Below are positions 60,816 to 64,000 of a stretch of DNA of 64,000 nucleotides, piece after piece. Both the position numbers and the translations under genes were made by a program. The stretch is from Balanoglossus misakiensis. Lineage: Eukaryota; Animalia; Hemichordata. The notes beneath the pieces were generated by a model. The model did no database searches. It was given only the letters and a program-made list of their open reading frames with translations, and was not told the origin of the DNA. The stretch covers positions 2,526,303 to 2,590,302 of the forward strand of contig CM082582.2 of NCBI GenBank assembly GCA_040954595.2. Reading direction: 5' to 3'. Each line of letters starts with the position of its first letter. The first letter of the stretch is position 1.

Positions 60816-61171
60816 CCTCAAATGACATTTGGCTTATGCTCTTGGACAAAGTTTCATGTACTTCGTCATGATGAGTCAGGAGTTTTTAAACCGTTATTTT
60901 CGATCAAGGTAGGGAATAATTGGTATTTGTGTATGGATTAATTATTGATCTAGAAGCATCGGGGGAATCGGCCAGATAACCTGACAGTAAAACGGTGAAA
61001 TCAAATGAAAATTCTGCAACTTGAACCGCCGGTGATGTTTACGTCGAAGCGCTTTATATTGTGGTAGGTTTACAAATTATATCCCGGACATCTGTCATAT
61101 ACACATGGTGTTATTTATGTTATACAGTTTCTTCAGTCACCGAGTATAGTTAATTTGTCTTAACTCATATT

Positions 61172-61393
61172 TCAGTGTTTCATTTAGGATGGCATCAACA
61201 GGGGGGATACGTCCCCCATTGCCAGAATATTTAGGGGGGTTTCCACTCTCCAAGGCAGACTGTAATATCTCCAACATGTACACAGCATCATTTTAAGGGG
61301 CATTGCCCCCCCCCCCCCCCCCATGACAAGTTCCTAAGGGGTGCTATCATGTCAACAAGGGGGTGAATCCCCCTCCCCCTAGATGAAACACTG
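61172..61393. mobile_element. Small hAT-like MITE
   Basis: CAGTGTTTTCATTTAGG...CCTAGATGAAACACTG; no convincing TSD. Confidence 0.5.
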
Positions 61394-62899
61394 ATGTTTC
61401 TACTGCCAAGAAATTAAAATTACATTGCATGATGTTGCCACTTTCGTAATTTGTTTTATTGAAATGACTGTATTTTTGAAAAAAATTAATTGTATAAATG
61501 CATAATTTTGTAAACTTCCAATTGTCAAAAAGCTAAAATAAAAATGGCATGAAATTGAAATAAATGACTCCTCACAACTGACCACTATTTGAGATTATCA
61601 AATTTTTATTACAAAGAACTAAAAAATTCATATAAAATTACATTCAATTCATGATTATTATAACAATGCACAAAACTCTCTCTCAACTTTATCAACCCCT
61701 AACCCACACAATCCAACCCCATACCCATTAACAAATCAACTCCCATAATTTATAAATAATGATAAAAGAAAATAACACTGGAATCCAATTTGGCGAAAGA
61801 AATGATTGCTGTATTTAAATAATATATGAAACCAAGTTTATTATAAAAAAAAATTAAATGACACTCAATATTTTGCCAACAAATAAAAATTAATCGTAAA
61901 AGAATAAATAAACCTAAAAGATAATAAAAATGTAATTAAAGCATAAAATAAAAGTAAAACATTGCACCTGAAGTGTTAGTTGAATAGGTTTCTAAATAGG
62001 AAAAAAAAATGTGTCATGATTTTAAACAAATGAAATTCGGAAATGATCATAATTTGAATTTTTATCACATGATTGACTGGAATAATGTTTCAATGTTGGG
62101 TTATAATATAAAACGTAATTCATTTGTTTCATTCCTATTTAGAAACCTTCAAATAATTTTTCAATAAAAATATAATTAAAAAAAATATATAAATTCTGTT
62201 GATTAGAATATAGAAAATCAATAATCTCCTCACCTGGTCAGCAAGTACAGTGGCAGTAGTTTTCAGTGACAGCTGCTCCTCAAGAGGACTAAACATAATT
62301 GAAAAAAAGATACACACAAAAACGAGATTAAATCATGGAAAGTAAAAAAAAGAATAGAGATACATGGTAAACTAATAGATAAACTGTGAAATATGACCAA
62401 AAAAAGATTTTTTTTATAAATCAATAAAATCTGTAGCCACTGTAATTCAATTGTGTACTGTGCAGTGTATTTCTGTTTTGCCAATACTGTGTTTTGTGCA
62501 CAGTTAATATGATAGACAAGGGGAATGGGTGTTTGAATTTGAAATACACTAATAATTTTACTGTTGCATTTCAAATTCAAACACTTCTGTAATAGCCCCT
62601 TATAAATCATGCACACTGTGCAGTAATTCCAGGAGCTTGGATTTGTTTGTTGCCCGTCGTAGTTGTGTATGCAGTGATGTTCTGTATGTTAACGGTAGTG
62701 TCTGAATTATGTCGTTGCATTCGTGTCGAAGTGTGGCATTTGTTTTTTTTTCTTCTCTTTCAATTTCTGCTCTTTCTTTTTCTGTAACAAGTAGTATTTT
62801 TTTTGCCAGTGCCTGGAGACTTACCTTGGCAGATGATACTTACCAGGGAACGTCTTCTTTCTTCGGCATTGATGTTATAATTGCCAATGTGTCTATCCA

Positions 62900-63610
62900 T
62901 AGCATCTCCTGAGATGGTAATAGGAGACCGACCATCCTGATACTTGACATAAGATGTCTGTCTCAGTCGTCCCCTGAAACCCGTCAAGTCGTTAGAGTAG
63001 CCTGGGCGACTCGGGGTTTACAAGGCTAACGACTGAGAAGACTATCTTTCTCAGACTGGCCAGGGCATCATGCCTGCTACAGATGACAACCCACTTACCT
63101 GAATCGGGCACTGGAGGAGCTCAGGCCTTGTTGTTTTAGTCGTACTCCTCCAGGACGGCGTCCGCACCTTGATGGGCATCAGGCCTACCAGATCGTGAAA
63201 TGGCCTCGTACTTCTCCAGAGTTTGGAGAAGTATTGGTGGATACCGGGCACGGTCGGTCTCGTCATAGACATCAATCATTTGGTAAGTGGGGTGATTCCG
63301 ACCGTGCCACAGGGTGCGAAGGAGATGTCGTCAAGCCCGTAGGTAAGTGGGTGAATTGAAGCTCGTGCCCTGTCGAAAGAGGAAAATTCCTTGTAAATGT
63401 TGTAGAAGAATATTGTAAATGAAATTCATGTGAGAGTCTGTCACTGCTGCTGCATTCAACCAGCCAAAAAACAAACTGGTGGATGCATCAGCAGTGGGAT
63501 TACTCACATCATGCACATGAAATTCCTGTAGCAATTCGCTCCACAGACAATCTCTGAATTTGCAAAGAAGGTCAAATGAAATGTGATGATCAGAACACTT
63601 CTTCACACAT
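62900..63610 (-). pseudogene. Decayed transposase-like ORF remnant (possibly a distant Academ relative)
   Basis: Across frameshifts: KCSDHH..LFRQG..GRNHPTYQ..SRSG..HQGADAVLEEY; loosely parallels ASREGN..NYARY..DQTIEETIN in the Academ protein. Confidence 0.45.
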
Positions 63611-64000
63611 TCTAGAGATCTGCCTCAGGAGAATCCCTGAGATATAGCAAAGTCCCTGTAAATCCCAATACATAGAAACAAATACACAGGTTTCATAAGT
63701 CTAGCGCCCTCTTGTGGCTATCATGAATTTGACCTCAAAGCGAGGCCACTGGGTGTACGCCCCTGATGAGTTGATGACAGCTCATAAACACAGGCTCAGC
63801 GGTTTGTTGACGGAAGTGGCGACGCCGATAAAACTTTTCAAGGTAAGAATTTCTCGAATTCGCAGCTGTATTTTTGTTTTCAGTCATATTTTAAGCACCT
63901 TCTTGTTTAGCTTCTGAGATATTATAGCAAAAAAAGTGTGAATTTTTGCGATCTCAAATTTTTTTCTTGGAGCGACCGATATAGCGCACGGTTAGCTGGA

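Overview
AT-rich eukaryotic (marine-invertebrate-like) genomic DNA, built mostly from nested transposable elements around one small intron-containing host gene. Main elements: (1) three copies of one CR1/L2-type LINE family; copy A sits inside a Helentron-type non-autonomous element (HINE) and carries a second HINE; copy B carries a palindromic Crypton-like MITE, which carries (2) an intact tyrosine-recombinase retrotransposon with split direct repeats (PAT/DIRS type, ALOG-YR) at 14646-21331; (3) an intact Academ (XPG-type) DNA transposon at 26369-33058; (4) a C-type-lectin membrane-protein gene at 34091-39110, broken by a 50-bp retro-insertion; (5) a very young full-length Gypsy element at 45278-53375, inside a 5-bp-TSD DNA element, inside a scrambled chromodomain Gypsy. 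The most striking observation is in the YR retrotransposon. One TATA/Inr promoter and one 70-codon leader exon can be spliced in phase 0 to three separate acceptors opening gag, RT-RNaseH-MTase and ALOG-YR. Each ORF has its own poly(A) signal, and RNA hairpins enclose the pol acceptor and the YR poly(A) signal. All alignments were done by eye; no database searches were run.
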